From: Octopus sinensis
Taxonomy: Eukaryota
Length of the DNA stretch: 54,106 nucleotides
Assembly (NCBI RefSeq): GCF_006345805.1
Contig: NW_021833806.1
Span: forward strand, 1-54,106
Direction: 5' to 3'
The notes beneath the pieces were generated by a model. The model saw only the letters and a list, made by a program, of their open reading frames with translations. It did not search any database and was not told where the DNA came from. The translations under genes were made by a program, and so were the position numbers. Shown here piece by piece: positions 12,230-23,954 of this stretch (position 1 is the stretch's first letter; each line of letters begins with the position of its first letter).

Positions 12230-12790
12230 CATGAGGCGGTCATACATACGATGCTGAAACCGTTTGTCGGAATCTGTCGATCTCAAAAGAGGGGTACCTA
12301 AAGGCTCGGTCTAGAGCCCTCTACTTGTTAATATTTACGTTGCTGATATTCAAAAACCGAAAGATCCTACCAGTCGTCTCATGATCTACGCGGAAGACAT
12401 ACTAATAACGGATGCTTTGTGGAAAAAAGATATTATGTGAAGGAAATTAAAAGGATACGTAACAAGAGTAGAAGAGTGGTGAATATCAAAAGGATTGACA
12501 CTCTCAAAATAAAAGTGCACCGCCACTTGGATTGCAAAACAGGGAACTAAACGAAAAACGCCAAAAAACCTCCATGGGTTTACAAAATGGAAAACCTGAA
12601 ATATCTTGGGGTTGAAGTTGGATCCAAGGGTTCTTACGCCAGATACATCGATTCGAGGAGAAGGAAATGCGCTCAAATTCTCGGAAGCATAATTCACATT
12701 CACCTTTGTCCGGAATCATTTTTATATGTTTATAAAACATAAGTCGGACCATTATCGCTAAGCTCGAAAAGACGAGACGATTGAAAAGAA
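12230..12790 (+). mobile_element. Decayed non-LTR reverse transcriptase fragment
   Basis: GVPKGSV*SPLLVNIYVADI, YAEDILIT and KYLGV motifs with stops. Confidence 0.55.
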
Positions 12791-13378
12791 TTTGGTAGAT
12801 TTAACTAATGATTGACGAATTAATTAAAATATTGGAGCAGACTAAAACTGTCATTGATTAGCTTGTTTATTTATAATTTAAAGTAAATTACTTATGGCCA
12901 TATGGCCATATGGATAGGAATTTATAAAACCTGCTTTCATTCTACTGTAAAATGCTATAGGCTAAAAAAGTCAGGTAATGAAACAAAAGAAACAAATAAG
13001 TGGCTGTTCTAAATGCAACCCTCAGTGGTTGCATGGGGCATAAAAATGAAACGCCTCTTTTTAACACCAAAAAATTCAATTTTCATGGAAGTTCATTTTT
13101 CAAACTTCAAATCAATTAGTTAAGCTAAAAATAAAAAAATTAACCAAAAAATAACTTTATTAACTTACAAATTAAAAAATTAACTTAAAAATTAATTTAA
13201 CTAAACAATAAAAACACAAATAATTTTTGCAAACATGTAAATATGAAATTCGACATATACCTATACGTGAAGTGAACAGTATAGAAATATTTGGATTTGA
13301 TTCTATCCAATATTAGAGCTATAGTGGATTTTTTTCTAACGAAAATTTAAAATAATTTTCAAATCAATGAAAAGAACA

Positions 13379-13810
13379 TCAACTATAAACACTAATTAGA
13401 CGACTCTTAAATTTTTTGCTTTCCGAGTTCCCCATGACTCCACTTTGATCGTCCCCGCCATGATCTTCAATCTCCTCCTGGGGCGCGCAATCTCTGGATC
13501 TCTTAAGGGACTTGCTGATCTTCATAGAGAAATTATATTTCCGCCAGTTCCTATTTACGGAATTTGCAGAGTCCAGGATTTCACTGAAGCCATGTTTGTA
13601 CTCAACAAACATGCTCTCCAGAGTGGCCTTCAGCGTTACAGTCTGGATGTAAGACCGAACACGTTCTTCAATCCCAAGGAGCTCCATGTACTTGCGGTAG
13701 AACGTTGAGACGATTCCATCCCACGTAATAACAATTGGCACAATCTTCACCTTAGCCTTGTGAATCAGTTGTAATTCACTAGCTAAAATGTCGTAAATGT
13801 TTATAATTTT
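13379..13810 (-). mobile_element. R4/Dong-like non-LTR 3' fragment (REL endonuclease end)
   Basis: YDILASEL..KIVPIVITWDGIVSTFYRKY..YIQTVTLKATLESM. Confidence 0.6.
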
Positions 13811-13859
13811 TCAAAGAAAAAAGTAAAATTTATAACGAATCCAATTTTTGTCTGGCATT

Positions 13860-14435
13860 GTATTCTACGGAATGCACAAAAATTGTTCTTGCTAAACGGA
13901 CCTATGATAAACTCTGGAGAAGGCATAAAAAGTTGGATTACTGCTGGGTGACTCTGAAGATGTCACCCATAGAAAGATACTATCAAATGTGGCGTACAAT
14001 AAACTCGTAAACAGCTGGCGTTTAAGAAAGCTAAATACAAAGACAATAACACGTTAGTTGTCTCGGTCCTGACGTATAACGGATCGATATGGGAAATCAC
14101 CAAATATGAAATGAACAGTTTGAACCAATTTTATCAAAAAATTATAAAAATGCAATTCCTAAGAAAAATATCAAATTCAGTCTTATACAAACGATGTAAT
14201 CCGAGTCGATCTCTACAGAAATCTTGAATTCCAGATGGGGATTTTTTGGCCAATGTTAAGACTGCGTAGTCTCACTCCTCGGAACATCGCGATGGAAAAC
14301 TAATTTGTCCCATTTCGTGGAAAACCCAAAACACCTACCTACCGAATTAAACAAAGATTTAGCTGCAATAAACAAAAACTGCAAAGTGGTTGAGGATCTC
14401 GATGCTCTAAAAGCATTATCAGGCAACAAGGAAGA
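13860..14435 (+). mobile_element. Decayed RTE-like 3' fragment related to the element at 15451
   Basis: Nucleotide similarity to 17700-18350 (ggtgactctgaaga, aagaagctaaat, tccagatgg, gaatatcgcgatggaaaac). Confidence 0.65.
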
Positions 14436-15450
14436 TTCTTAATTTTAATAATCTTTGGAATACTGGGGATACTCGTTTTATGCACTGATTTTTAAAAATA
14501 TTATTGATTTGTGACTAAACATTGCTGAAATTACCAAAAAATCTGAAAGGCTGCTCTGTTCTAGTGAATGTAATGTATATTAATACGAAAAATTATCATA
14601 TATGAGCATAAGCATTTAACAACATTACAAATTTATCTATTTTTTCCTAATAATGTGTTAACTTTATATTTTAGAATTAAATTAAAAACCTTCTACTAAC
14701 AAATAGTTATCGTCAATTCATTATACAAATATTTACATTTTAAAAAATAATAATGACAATTTTTTTAATTACTCAAGGAAAATCAAACGTCATGTATTTC
14801 CGTTTTTCCGGAGGGCGTACAAAGAAGATCACGAATTCCTCCAATTTCTCCGACGGGTCTGACCCCACCCTGAGATTCGTCTTCCATGAAGAATTATTAA
14901 ATATAGTTGTATCCTTATGCACTAAATGAGTATATTTTATCTTTCCAGCCATCCAAAATTTTTCATCTTAATTTATATTTGTAGAAATAAAAAAATAGGA
15001 TTTTTAAATGACTAACCAGCATAACACAAGGTAGTCTTGATTTGTCAAAATGGTCTTCCAATGTTGACTAATTAAAGTCACGTTTTGAAACATTTTGTTC
15101 TTCATCCTACATTAAATGAATTATATAATCCAACCAAATAAAATGCTCCTCGATGAAAATTTTTGCAGAAATTAATTTTCTTGTTTATTTAATTAATTTA
15201 TGGGGGATTCTTCTTTGCACCAATTCTATTTCCCCCCTCAATTAACTTAAAGGTCGAATAAAATGATTTTACTCTTAATGAATACTGACTTTGTTCTTCT
15301 CTTATTTTAATGGACTCAATTTCCAATCTTATCTCCAACTCTTTCAACTTTATGCGGTCCTTCTTGTTCACAAACACTGGTTTGTTTTGATAATTTATTG
15401 ATTTATTCAATAATTTGATGATTAAAAAATAAAAATAATTAGTTATCTAG

Positions 15451-18413
15451 TTGTCTTTCTCACACTTGATATCTGCTGGCCCGTTCTCAATTGGCACTCT
15501 AAACGTTAGAGGACTCAATCCCATGTATAAACAACTTCAACTCACAAGAGATTTGGAACAACGCAAGGTGTCCATCTGCTGCTTACAAGAGACGAAAATA
15601 ACTGAACATGGAAGCTCGAAGATAGGCGATTACACACTAATTACCCTCCCAACTACCTGTCGTCACTACGGCCTTGGGTTTGCAATCAACAGAAAACTGG
15701 ACGAACACATATCCGGGGTGTGGTCCGTCTCGGACAGGATTGCGGTACTCCAAATCAAATGGGGAACGAAACCGAACTCCCTCGTCACAATCATTAATGT
15801 GTACGCGCCAACTGGAGTCAGAGCCCTTGCTAATCCGGATGAACTTGATGAATTCTATTCCACTCTCACAAATTTATACAACACACTCAGATCCTCGTAT
15901 ATGTGTTTCATTGCTGGTGATTGGAACGCCAGAGCAGGGAAAGCCAGGCCGGAGAAACATGCATAGGATCCCATGGAAGAAACCGGAGAAATGTGCCTGG
16001 AACTGCCTTGATCCAATTCTGCACCTATTTAGACCTATTCTTATGCAACACGGCATTCCGTCATCCAGCCAGGCACAAAACAACATGGACTGGAACCAGA
16101 AAGGACTCAAATGGAAATTACATACCTATATTCAATCAAATAGACTACATCCTCTGCAAAGCTGCCCATAAACATCTACTTGTGGATTCACGTTCATACG
16201 GGGGACTGGAGACAATAGTGACCACAAACTAGTAATCACTAGCATCGGACTGTACAAGACATACAACAAACTGAAAAAACTTACGCATGATGAACAAGAA
16301 AGCTATAATCTTGAATTATTCCGTGATGAAAAACTCAAACAGAACTATGCAGACAAACTACAGGAAGAACTCGACAATATTGACACAACAAAACCTGCAA
16401 ATGCGATTTGGGATGCAGTGACCAGTGCAATGAAGAAGACAGCTGTAAATGTTGTTGGACTCACTCGAAAAAAACACAAATTTCACGATAACGAGATTTG
16501 CTCCCTCTCAGAAAGGCAGAAAACCTTGAGGTTAAAAATACAAAACTCCAGCAACCCGAAAAAAATAAGAGAACTCCGAAAATTACGGAACATGATATTA
16601 CTAAATATCAAGAAAACACAGAAATTGCTAGTGTACAAGAAACAGAAGAGCAATTTCAACACATAACAAAACAAAAGGACGACACGAAAATGTTCATGGC
16701 AATGAGGCTGCTAAGCAAAAAAAAGAGGCAAAATTCGATCACTGTCTGGGACACCACGGAAGCGGCTATCATTGACAACAAGAGTAAGGTAGAGGCTATA
16801 TCTGAATACTACTACAAAATGCTTAACTGGGAGGATGAATCAGGATACAAACCCTACCCATATACTGTAGGGGCACTAAGTTCCCCATTAACCACTTACG
16901 AAATATTGGAGGCAATGAAGAAACTGAAAACCGGCAGGTCTGGGGGACCGGACAATATCCCACCTGAACTAGTAAAATATGCGCCAATGAAGTTTGCTGA
17001 AATCGCTGCAAATATCCTGAACAAGGCATTTGAGCAGAACAACCCATTAGACCTCGGCAAAGGATGGTTAATTCCTCTACAGAAACCTGGAAAACAAAAA
17101 GGACCCCTATCCAGCCTAAGACCTATTATTTTGCTAACGACGCTTCGGAAAACACTGTCGTTGATCGCATTAGAGAGGATAAGAACCAAGGTGGAAAACT
17201 TTCTGTCACCGGGACAAAGTGGCTTTAGAACTGGCAGGTCCACTGCTGATGTGATCTGGACTCACAGATGGACAGCTGCCACATGCCAAAAATATAAACA
17301 TTGCACTGAAATACTCGGCATCGATATGTCCAGAGCATTCGACTCTGTTCACAGAACTAAACTTGTGGAAATACTTATGACCTTCTTAAATCATGACGAC
17401 ATCAGAATAATCCTAATGCTTCTTCAGAACACTCAATTAGCAACCAAACTTGGTAAAAATGTGTCAAACTATTTCTACACATCACGGGGCATACCACAAG
17501 GCGATTCGCTGTCCCCAGTTCTCTTTATCGTCTACCTAGAGGCAGCACTCAGAGACTTTCGGCCTCTTGTGGACAACACTAAATACAACGAAATAATATA
17601 TGCTGATGATGTCGACTTCGTATCTGATGATGCTGAAACCCTTCGATTTATTATCGAAACTTACCAGATATTTTTTCCAAATGGTTTCTAACAATCAACC
17701 ACAATAAAACTGAACATACGAAATTTATTCGATCTGAACGAACTCATGATGAGCCCTGGAGAAGACAAAAAAAAAGTCGGATCTCTCTTAGGGGACTCTG
17801 AAGACATTATGCACAGAAAAATACTATCAATTGCCACATACAATAAGTTTATGAACATCTGGCGCCTAAAGAAGCTAAATTCAAAGACAAAACTTAAAAT
17901 ATACAACACATTTGTTGTCCCAGTCCTAATGTACAATGGATCGACGTGGGGAATCAGTAAGACCGATATGAACAATTTGGACCGATTTCATCGGAACCAA
18001 CTGAGAAGAGTGATAAACATGCAATTCTCAAGAAAATAGCAAATTCCACCCTATACAAAAGATGCAATTCGAGACCGATCTCTATGGACATCCTGGAGTC
18101 CAGATGGCGACTCTTTGGACACATATTAAGACTTGACAGCCTCACTCCGCCGAATATCGCGATGGAAAACTACTTTGCCCATTCCAAAGGAGACTTCCGT
18201 GGAAGACCCAGGGTCACTCTGGCTACCACGCTAAATGAAGATCTAGCTGGAATTAATAAAAAACTGAAAAATGGCGATGATCTCGACTCACTCAGGACGA
18301 TCGCAACTGACCGGAGAGCCTGGAGACGCATGACCGGGAGAATTTCAATGGTGGCACAAGGAAAGCTTAATTAACTTATGACTTTTCCGAAAGTGCTTTA
18401 TAATAATAATAAT
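15451..18413 (+). mobile_element. Near full-length RTE-clade LINE (APE endonuclease plus RT) with a few frameshifts and a (TAA)n tail
   Basis: EN motifs GTLNVRGL, CCLQETK, INVYAPT, AGDWNA and QIDYIL; RT motifs LRPIILL, QSGFR, DMSRAFDSV, GIPQGDSLSP and YADD; 3' TAATAATAATAAT at ~18400-18413. Confidence 0.9.
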
Positions 18414-18623
18414 ATCTACTCTCCTCCATTCAACTATTTATTCAGTTAAGAAAATAATAATAAATAAATAAAAACTTTAAATAAAAATTATAATTTTTTT
18501 ATTTGTTTAATTAAAATTTTAATAATCAAATAAGATATTATCTAATTTTTTTTGATGGTTGTGCCGTGTTACTTTTCAACCTTTAATAAAACATATATTT
18601 TAAATATAATATCATCATTTTAG

Positions 18624-19921
18624 GATAAACAAGAAGTCGGTTTCGACCCAACGAAATACGGCTTACGTAGAGATTTTGCTCTCACAAAATACACCGAACT
18701 AAAGGGATGAGGCTGCAAAGTCCCCCAGTCAGTCCTGCTCAGACTACTGGAGGGACAGAAGCCGAACATCCCCATGGATCTAAATTCTTCCAGATCCTTA
18801 ATGGGTAACTACATTATATATTCAAGGAATTGACTGCAGTATTGTCCCCTTGCGGTACGGAGGTCTCAGTCTAATACAAACTACTGATTTTTTCTACCCA
18901 AATATTGACGATCCTTACAAAATGGTAATATTTTGGTCGTTTATAACTTTTGGAGAACTATACATGTGGGAGAATGCAGCTGATGTCTACGCGTTTGGAT
19001 ACGCTTCTAGGAGTAATTGTGACTGACTGTTGAAAATGATTTTGGGTGTCAGTACAGGACTTGTTGGGGCTGAGAGGAGTATTGTGGTGGATTTGATTCG
19101 TAGTGGATTTAGAGTGTCTTTTAGATTACGTAATATTATATAGGATCAAGCTAAATTGGCGGGAGTTGAAATTTCGGGTGGAACTGTTACTTTTAATCCT
19201 TGGATGGTCATTGGAGGTGTTGCAAGTTCGATATGTAAAGACTATTTAATGTTATTTTTGTTATTTATTTTAGGCCAACAAGTGCAGTAGAGGGAGACGT
19301 GTTGGTTCTTACGAAACCTCTAGGAACCCAATTGGCTATAAATATGTACTTGTGGCTCAATCGGCCTGACAAGTGGAGTAAACTCAAGAGTGTAGCCCGT
19401 CAAAGTGATGTGATTAAAGCTTATAAACGTGCAATTGACTCAATGACAAGACTTAATCGAGAAGGTTTTATTAATTGGGTAAATGTTAGCTTCAATTCTA
19501 ATGAAACGTTATAATTCACATGGGGCAACAGATGTCACGGGTTATGGTCTTTTAGGCCATGCGGAGAATTTGGCACGTTGTCAGACCAATCAAGTCTCCT
19601 TTTTGATTTACAACATTCCTGTTATTGCTAAATTACACTCGTTTAATAAATCGTGTGGGAGTCCTTTCCCGCTGTTGAGTGGTCGTTGTCCTGAAACTTC
19701 GGGTTTTTTTCGTTTTTGAAATTTTATTGTTTTTAGGTGGGCTTTTGATAATTTTACCACAACAACAAGCGGCGAGTTTTTGTAAGGATCTTCAAAGGCA
19801 GGAAGGGTACCAGGCGTGGATTATTGGAGTGGTTCAGAAGGGGAACCGTACAGCGAGGATAGAGGATAGTGTGAGAGTCATTGAAGTTCCCGCGAAAGAT
19901 AATGAAAATCAATTATGGTAG
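18624..19921 (+). CDS. SEPHS2: Selenophosphate synthetase (SelD/SPS2 type) with in-frame UGA = selenocysteine; exon 3 partly garbled
   Basis: [59 protein letters not shown] and [20 protein letters not shown]. Introns 18805-18826, 19114-19143, 19251-19273, 19465-19489 and 19703-19736, plus 18925-~18951 with no clean AG. Start uncertain (possible ATG at 18555 followed by an intron). Confidence 0.92.
18720..18756 (+). promoter_or_regulatory. Candidate Sec redefinition element (SRE) hairpin 9 nt 3' of the UGA
   Basis: GTCCC/GGGAC, CCAGT/ACTGG and AGTC/GACT pair (14 bp, two 1-nt bulges, 7-nt loop). Confidence 0.65.
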
Positions 19922-19952
19922 GAAGTATTGAGCAGTGCTTCCTGGGTGCATG

Positions 19953-20011
19953 GAGTCAGATTATGTGATTATTCTTCACAAAGTATGTGATTTATATGAT
20001 TCATCTGACTT
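19953..20011 (+). promoter_or_regulatory. Candidate SECIS element in the SPS 3' UTR
   Basis: Helix I AGTCAGAT/ATCTGACT; core GTGAT..TGAT; 11 nt from TGA to apical AAA; helix II pairs 7 of 10. Confidence 0.65.
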
Positions 20012-20439
20012 TTTATACCCTTCTACTTTTTTATTTTGATTTTTTATAAAAATAAATAGTTTAGTGGACTTTTATACCTAGTTTTGGGTCACTTATTTAT
20101 TTGTTTTCTCTGTGTTAACATATGAGTACAAAATTTGGATATTAATAATTCATACTAAATAACAATTTAAATGGTTGGAAGTTTTTCAATCATACCTTTG
20201 GGTAGTAGTTCTCATAGGTATGTGATTGTGAGTCATTATAGCTCTCACTCCCGTATTACAATACTATTTGTTTATGATTGAATAGCTCATTATTCAAAGT
20301 AATTAGACTGAAAACTGTATTCGGTAGTTTATTTTCAGATGATTGGAGTACGCAAAGTTTAATTGCCAAAACTATTTTTTTTACTCTCTAGAAAAACTAT
20401 TTGCTTCGAATAAATATATTTGATAGACTTCGCTAAAAA

Positions 20440-21130
20440 TCAAAAACACTACGAAAGATACTCTCATTATGGGGCCGGCATTCCTGTTGGAAGCTGACGC
20501 TTAACGGTAGAGCCGAGGATAATATCTTCAGCAGCGTCGGAATCACAGCTTGGGTTTCAGGCATATCCAATGCGAATGGCACAAGCGCCCAGCTGTAAGA
20601 TGCTTCCGGTCCAACTGTTTGCACACACATCCAATATGTGCACCGAAAACTCCGGTATCTACTCTGTGGGGACGAACACAGGCATAAAAGCTGCCCGAAA
20701 GCAAAGAATAGCTTTTGTTAAGAGTATCTACATAAATTTCAACAACTCGGGATACCTTGCGTGTTACTGCGGATGCCGTCCGCCCAAGCCGCGACAGCAG
20801 CAAAACGAATTGTTCACAATCTGCCCGCTAGAAACCCGGTCCGCTAGACAAATGCCAACAGACTGAATCGATGTGGGCAAAGGGGCCAGCCCCGAGTTTG
20901 TCCAAAGCCGATGTCTGCATTTAGACTTTACCTGAACTCGACCCCGACATCAACTCGATGCCTACGGCTGACGCCCGCAAGAAGACAAGCCTCCTTCAGA
21001 CAATATCTCGCCACAAACAAGTGCCCTCTCTAATCAGGAAAAGCACAACAGAAATGCTTTTTTGTTATTCTTTCGCCATTTTATGGGAGCCCTGACAAAA
21101 CTGGGTGTGGAACCTGAAATGCTGCAACGG
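20440..21130. mobile_element. GC-richer island, probably a decayed retroelement 5' region
   Basis: Abrupt GC rise and Cys/His-rich broken frames; no diagnostic motif. Confidence 0.25.
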
Positions 21131-21599
21131 CTCCTATTAGAGGGAGAATGCAAGCAACATAGTTCAAATCAAAATCATCGCTGTGAATGCTCGATCTATT
21201 AAGAGACGCCACCAATATTTTGTTAAGATGATATGCAGCGCCCATTCAGACATTATTGTCTTTTACTATCATATATTGTTATGTTTATCTCCTCCATTAT
21301 TATCGGTTCTTAATGGATATAATGTTACGAACTTGTATTCAGAGTTATTAAATTGTCGATGTCTAGCTTGTCTTTGCTATTTATGTTATTAGCTTGTCTT
21401 GTCTTTGCTTAAGGTTGTGCGAATGGAGACAGTTGACCTTATTACGATTTTAGAGATTGAAATGCAGAATCCTCCAGTGACCCCACCTGTAGAAAAGGAT
21501 GTCTCTGTATATGTCATGGTCCTCACATTGAACATCTTGTTTTTAACACTTCTTTTAACTCTTGGTTGATAGGATCGAAGATCATGTCAAAAAAAACGA

Positions 21600-21692
21600 T
21601 CGGACAGACAAGCTGGCTTTTTCAGCGAATCTCGGTCGCTGTGCTCACCGGAAACTGCCATTCCATACGCAGCGCTGCGTCAAAGAGCTGAC
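21600..21692 (+). mobile_element. Short CRE-clade 3' fragment
   Basis: SWLFQRISVAVLTGNCHSIRSAASKS*. Confidence 0.6.
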
Positions 21693-21980
21693 CCCTAGGC
21701 TTTTGACAGACACCTTTTAGTCGTAGTTAGTTGATTTACTTTCTTATTTTTTTATATTATTGATTAAGAAAAAGTTTCACAAGTAAAGAGAATGCTTATT
21801 AGCGGATAGCCAGAACATTACCCCTGACTATACCTAGGAAGACTCACTCGGCCGATACCTTTGCTCGGATTAGTCGCCAGTAAACCTCTTCAATGATTAC
21901 CCGATTTTTCAAGGTAGGCTACGAGTAAAGGATCCCTGTATTAAAGACGTTTTGACTGTCAGGGAACAAACACTCTACAG

Positions 21981-23150
21981 CAGGGGTGTCAAAATAATAA
22001 TTTCTCATTAAGGGAAGATTAATTCTGATATTTATTATGATAAATAATCAAATAAGAAAAACTAAATTATTCAATCATCGCCCTATAATTTTGGTGAGAA
22101 CTGCTTCCAGAGGATTGACATCTTTTTTTAGATACAATTTTTGATGTCAGGCTGAGCTATTCGTGTAGTTCCGACTTGTATTAAAGAGAATAAATGTTTA
22201 TCAGTTAGTCTTGTTCTTTGAGCAGTTTTTGTCAATTTCATAAATGAAAAAAGCTGTTCACACATATATGTCGAACCAAACATAGCAATGATTTTTGTCG
22301 CAAACTTTTTAAGGTTCCATTTACTGCAAGCATTCTGCTGATTTCATACCTTGCAGTGACTAATACAGTACATCGATTATGACTTTTTGTGAAATGAGCC
22401 TTTAACGCAGATAAATTTTTTCGCAATTCATTTAGCTTTGAAACGCGAATTGGGCCTTCTTGGTTAACAAGCAACTTAATACGTTCGAAATAATTGTATG
22501 ATAGATGATTAGATAGATAATGGCTCTTTGGGTTGTATTCTTTCAGTATAGTGATAAACTTGTCAAAAAATGTATATTTCCATCAACCCTTGTGCAAAAA
22601 TAGAAAAGTTGCCATTTATCTTGAAACACTTTCCGTTCATCTTTCAAGCACCGTTTCTTTTTTATTCCAGAAGAAGCAAGCGACATTGACAAACACGATT
22701 TAAAAATACAATACAATTAAATAGATAACGAATTATTTTATTTTAATTATATTATCATTAAAAATTTTGATTAAATATAAATAAATAAAAAATAATTTTT
22801 TGTATTCCTCTTTGTGCCTGTTTCAGTCGAAACATCAGGCACATTCGGCCCAGCCACGCTACGTTTTCTCACCGAGAGAGGCCGTCACCTCGGGAGGATT
22901 AGAAACGACCCCCGCGAGGTCAATCGGCTTTTTGAGCGCGTCTCAATAGCCGTACTCAGGGGGAACAGTTTCTCTATTCTCTCTGCGGCTAGTAGCTGAC
23001 TTCCTGTTCCATTTTCTTTTCTTTTAATTGAAAAAAAAAATAAAAATTTTTTGTATTTTATAGCCATTAAATCAGACCGCATTTATGTTTGCCAAAGTAC
23101 GTTGATGGCCACACCTATGTCTTTCGAGGGCCGCATGTTTGACACCCCTG
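21981..23150 (-). mobile_element. Internally deleted hAT (Buster/SPIN-like) element with perfect 8-bp TSD
   Basis: TIRs CAGGGGTGTCAAA / TTTGACACCCCTG; TSD CTCTACAG at 21973-21980 and 23151-23158; remnant MFGSTYMCEQLFSFMKLTK..RTRLTD. Confidence 0.9.
22812..23002 (+). mobile_element. CRE-clade 3' fragment nested in the hAT element
   Basis: PVSVETSGTFGP..DPREVNRLFERVSIAVLRGNSFSIL. Confidence 0.75.
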
Positions 23151-23954
23151 CTCTACAGTTTTCAAAATAAGAATATTTAGCGTATTTTCTTGCTTTTGAC
23201 CTCTTTGGATAGGATTCCGAAACTTTCGAGTGATTCTCTTATGTTCTGGGCGTTCCAAACCAGACAATTTTTCCATTGAAAGAAAAGGTCGTCATACTGT
23301 CTGGTCTTCTGCCGTTTTTGCAAAGATCAGGTTCCAGCTTTGTGTGGAATCCGGAATTACAAAGTAACGGGGAAAGCGTCCCATTCCGTGACAAAAAGAG
23401 GAGTGGTAATCAAGTTTATCGACATTTATGTTGGGCAATACGGGTGAACCGAGAGGTAGGCAGATTCCAATCCTCACAGTGGTGACCAGCTGCTTAAAAA
23501 CCTAAGATTTCGGTCAAGCACGGCTCAGATGCAAATTACTCATTTTTAAGCATGCCAGCTAGCCCTAGTCTATGCGTTCGTTCAATTTTTCTTATGCTTT
23601 GTCCTTGATGAATGATGTGCATTACAATTGGCGAGCTGTATTAGATAAAATAAGCAGTCCCGGTTTTTTTTAATGGTAAGGATTCTAAAATTGTTTATTT
23701 ATTTAAATCTTTTTGGAATTTTGTACTAATTTTGTAGACACGTATTTTATTCTTTTTAATTCGTATATTCTTAATACAAATAAATCATATTGATAATTTA
23801 TTTCATAAAAAGCTAATAACTAAAATTACAAATATCAATAACGCAAAGTGAGTTCAAAAAGTATTTAACGAAATCAATAAAACTATTAAAAAAAAGCAAG
23901 TAATAAAACTAACTATTAAAAAAGCGAGTACTACTATCGAACACAAAGCTCAAG

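Noticed and set aside
18708-18710. SPS as a nonsense pseudogene, or a genome-wide UGA reassignment
   Set aside because: The UGA sits exactly at the known Sec position with SRE- and SECIS-like signals, and MCM6 uses TGA as its normal stop (45376-45378).
23276-23485. Harbinger/HARBI1 nuclease fragment (FIDIYVG)
   Set aside because: A single short motif with no TIRs or further catalytic residues.
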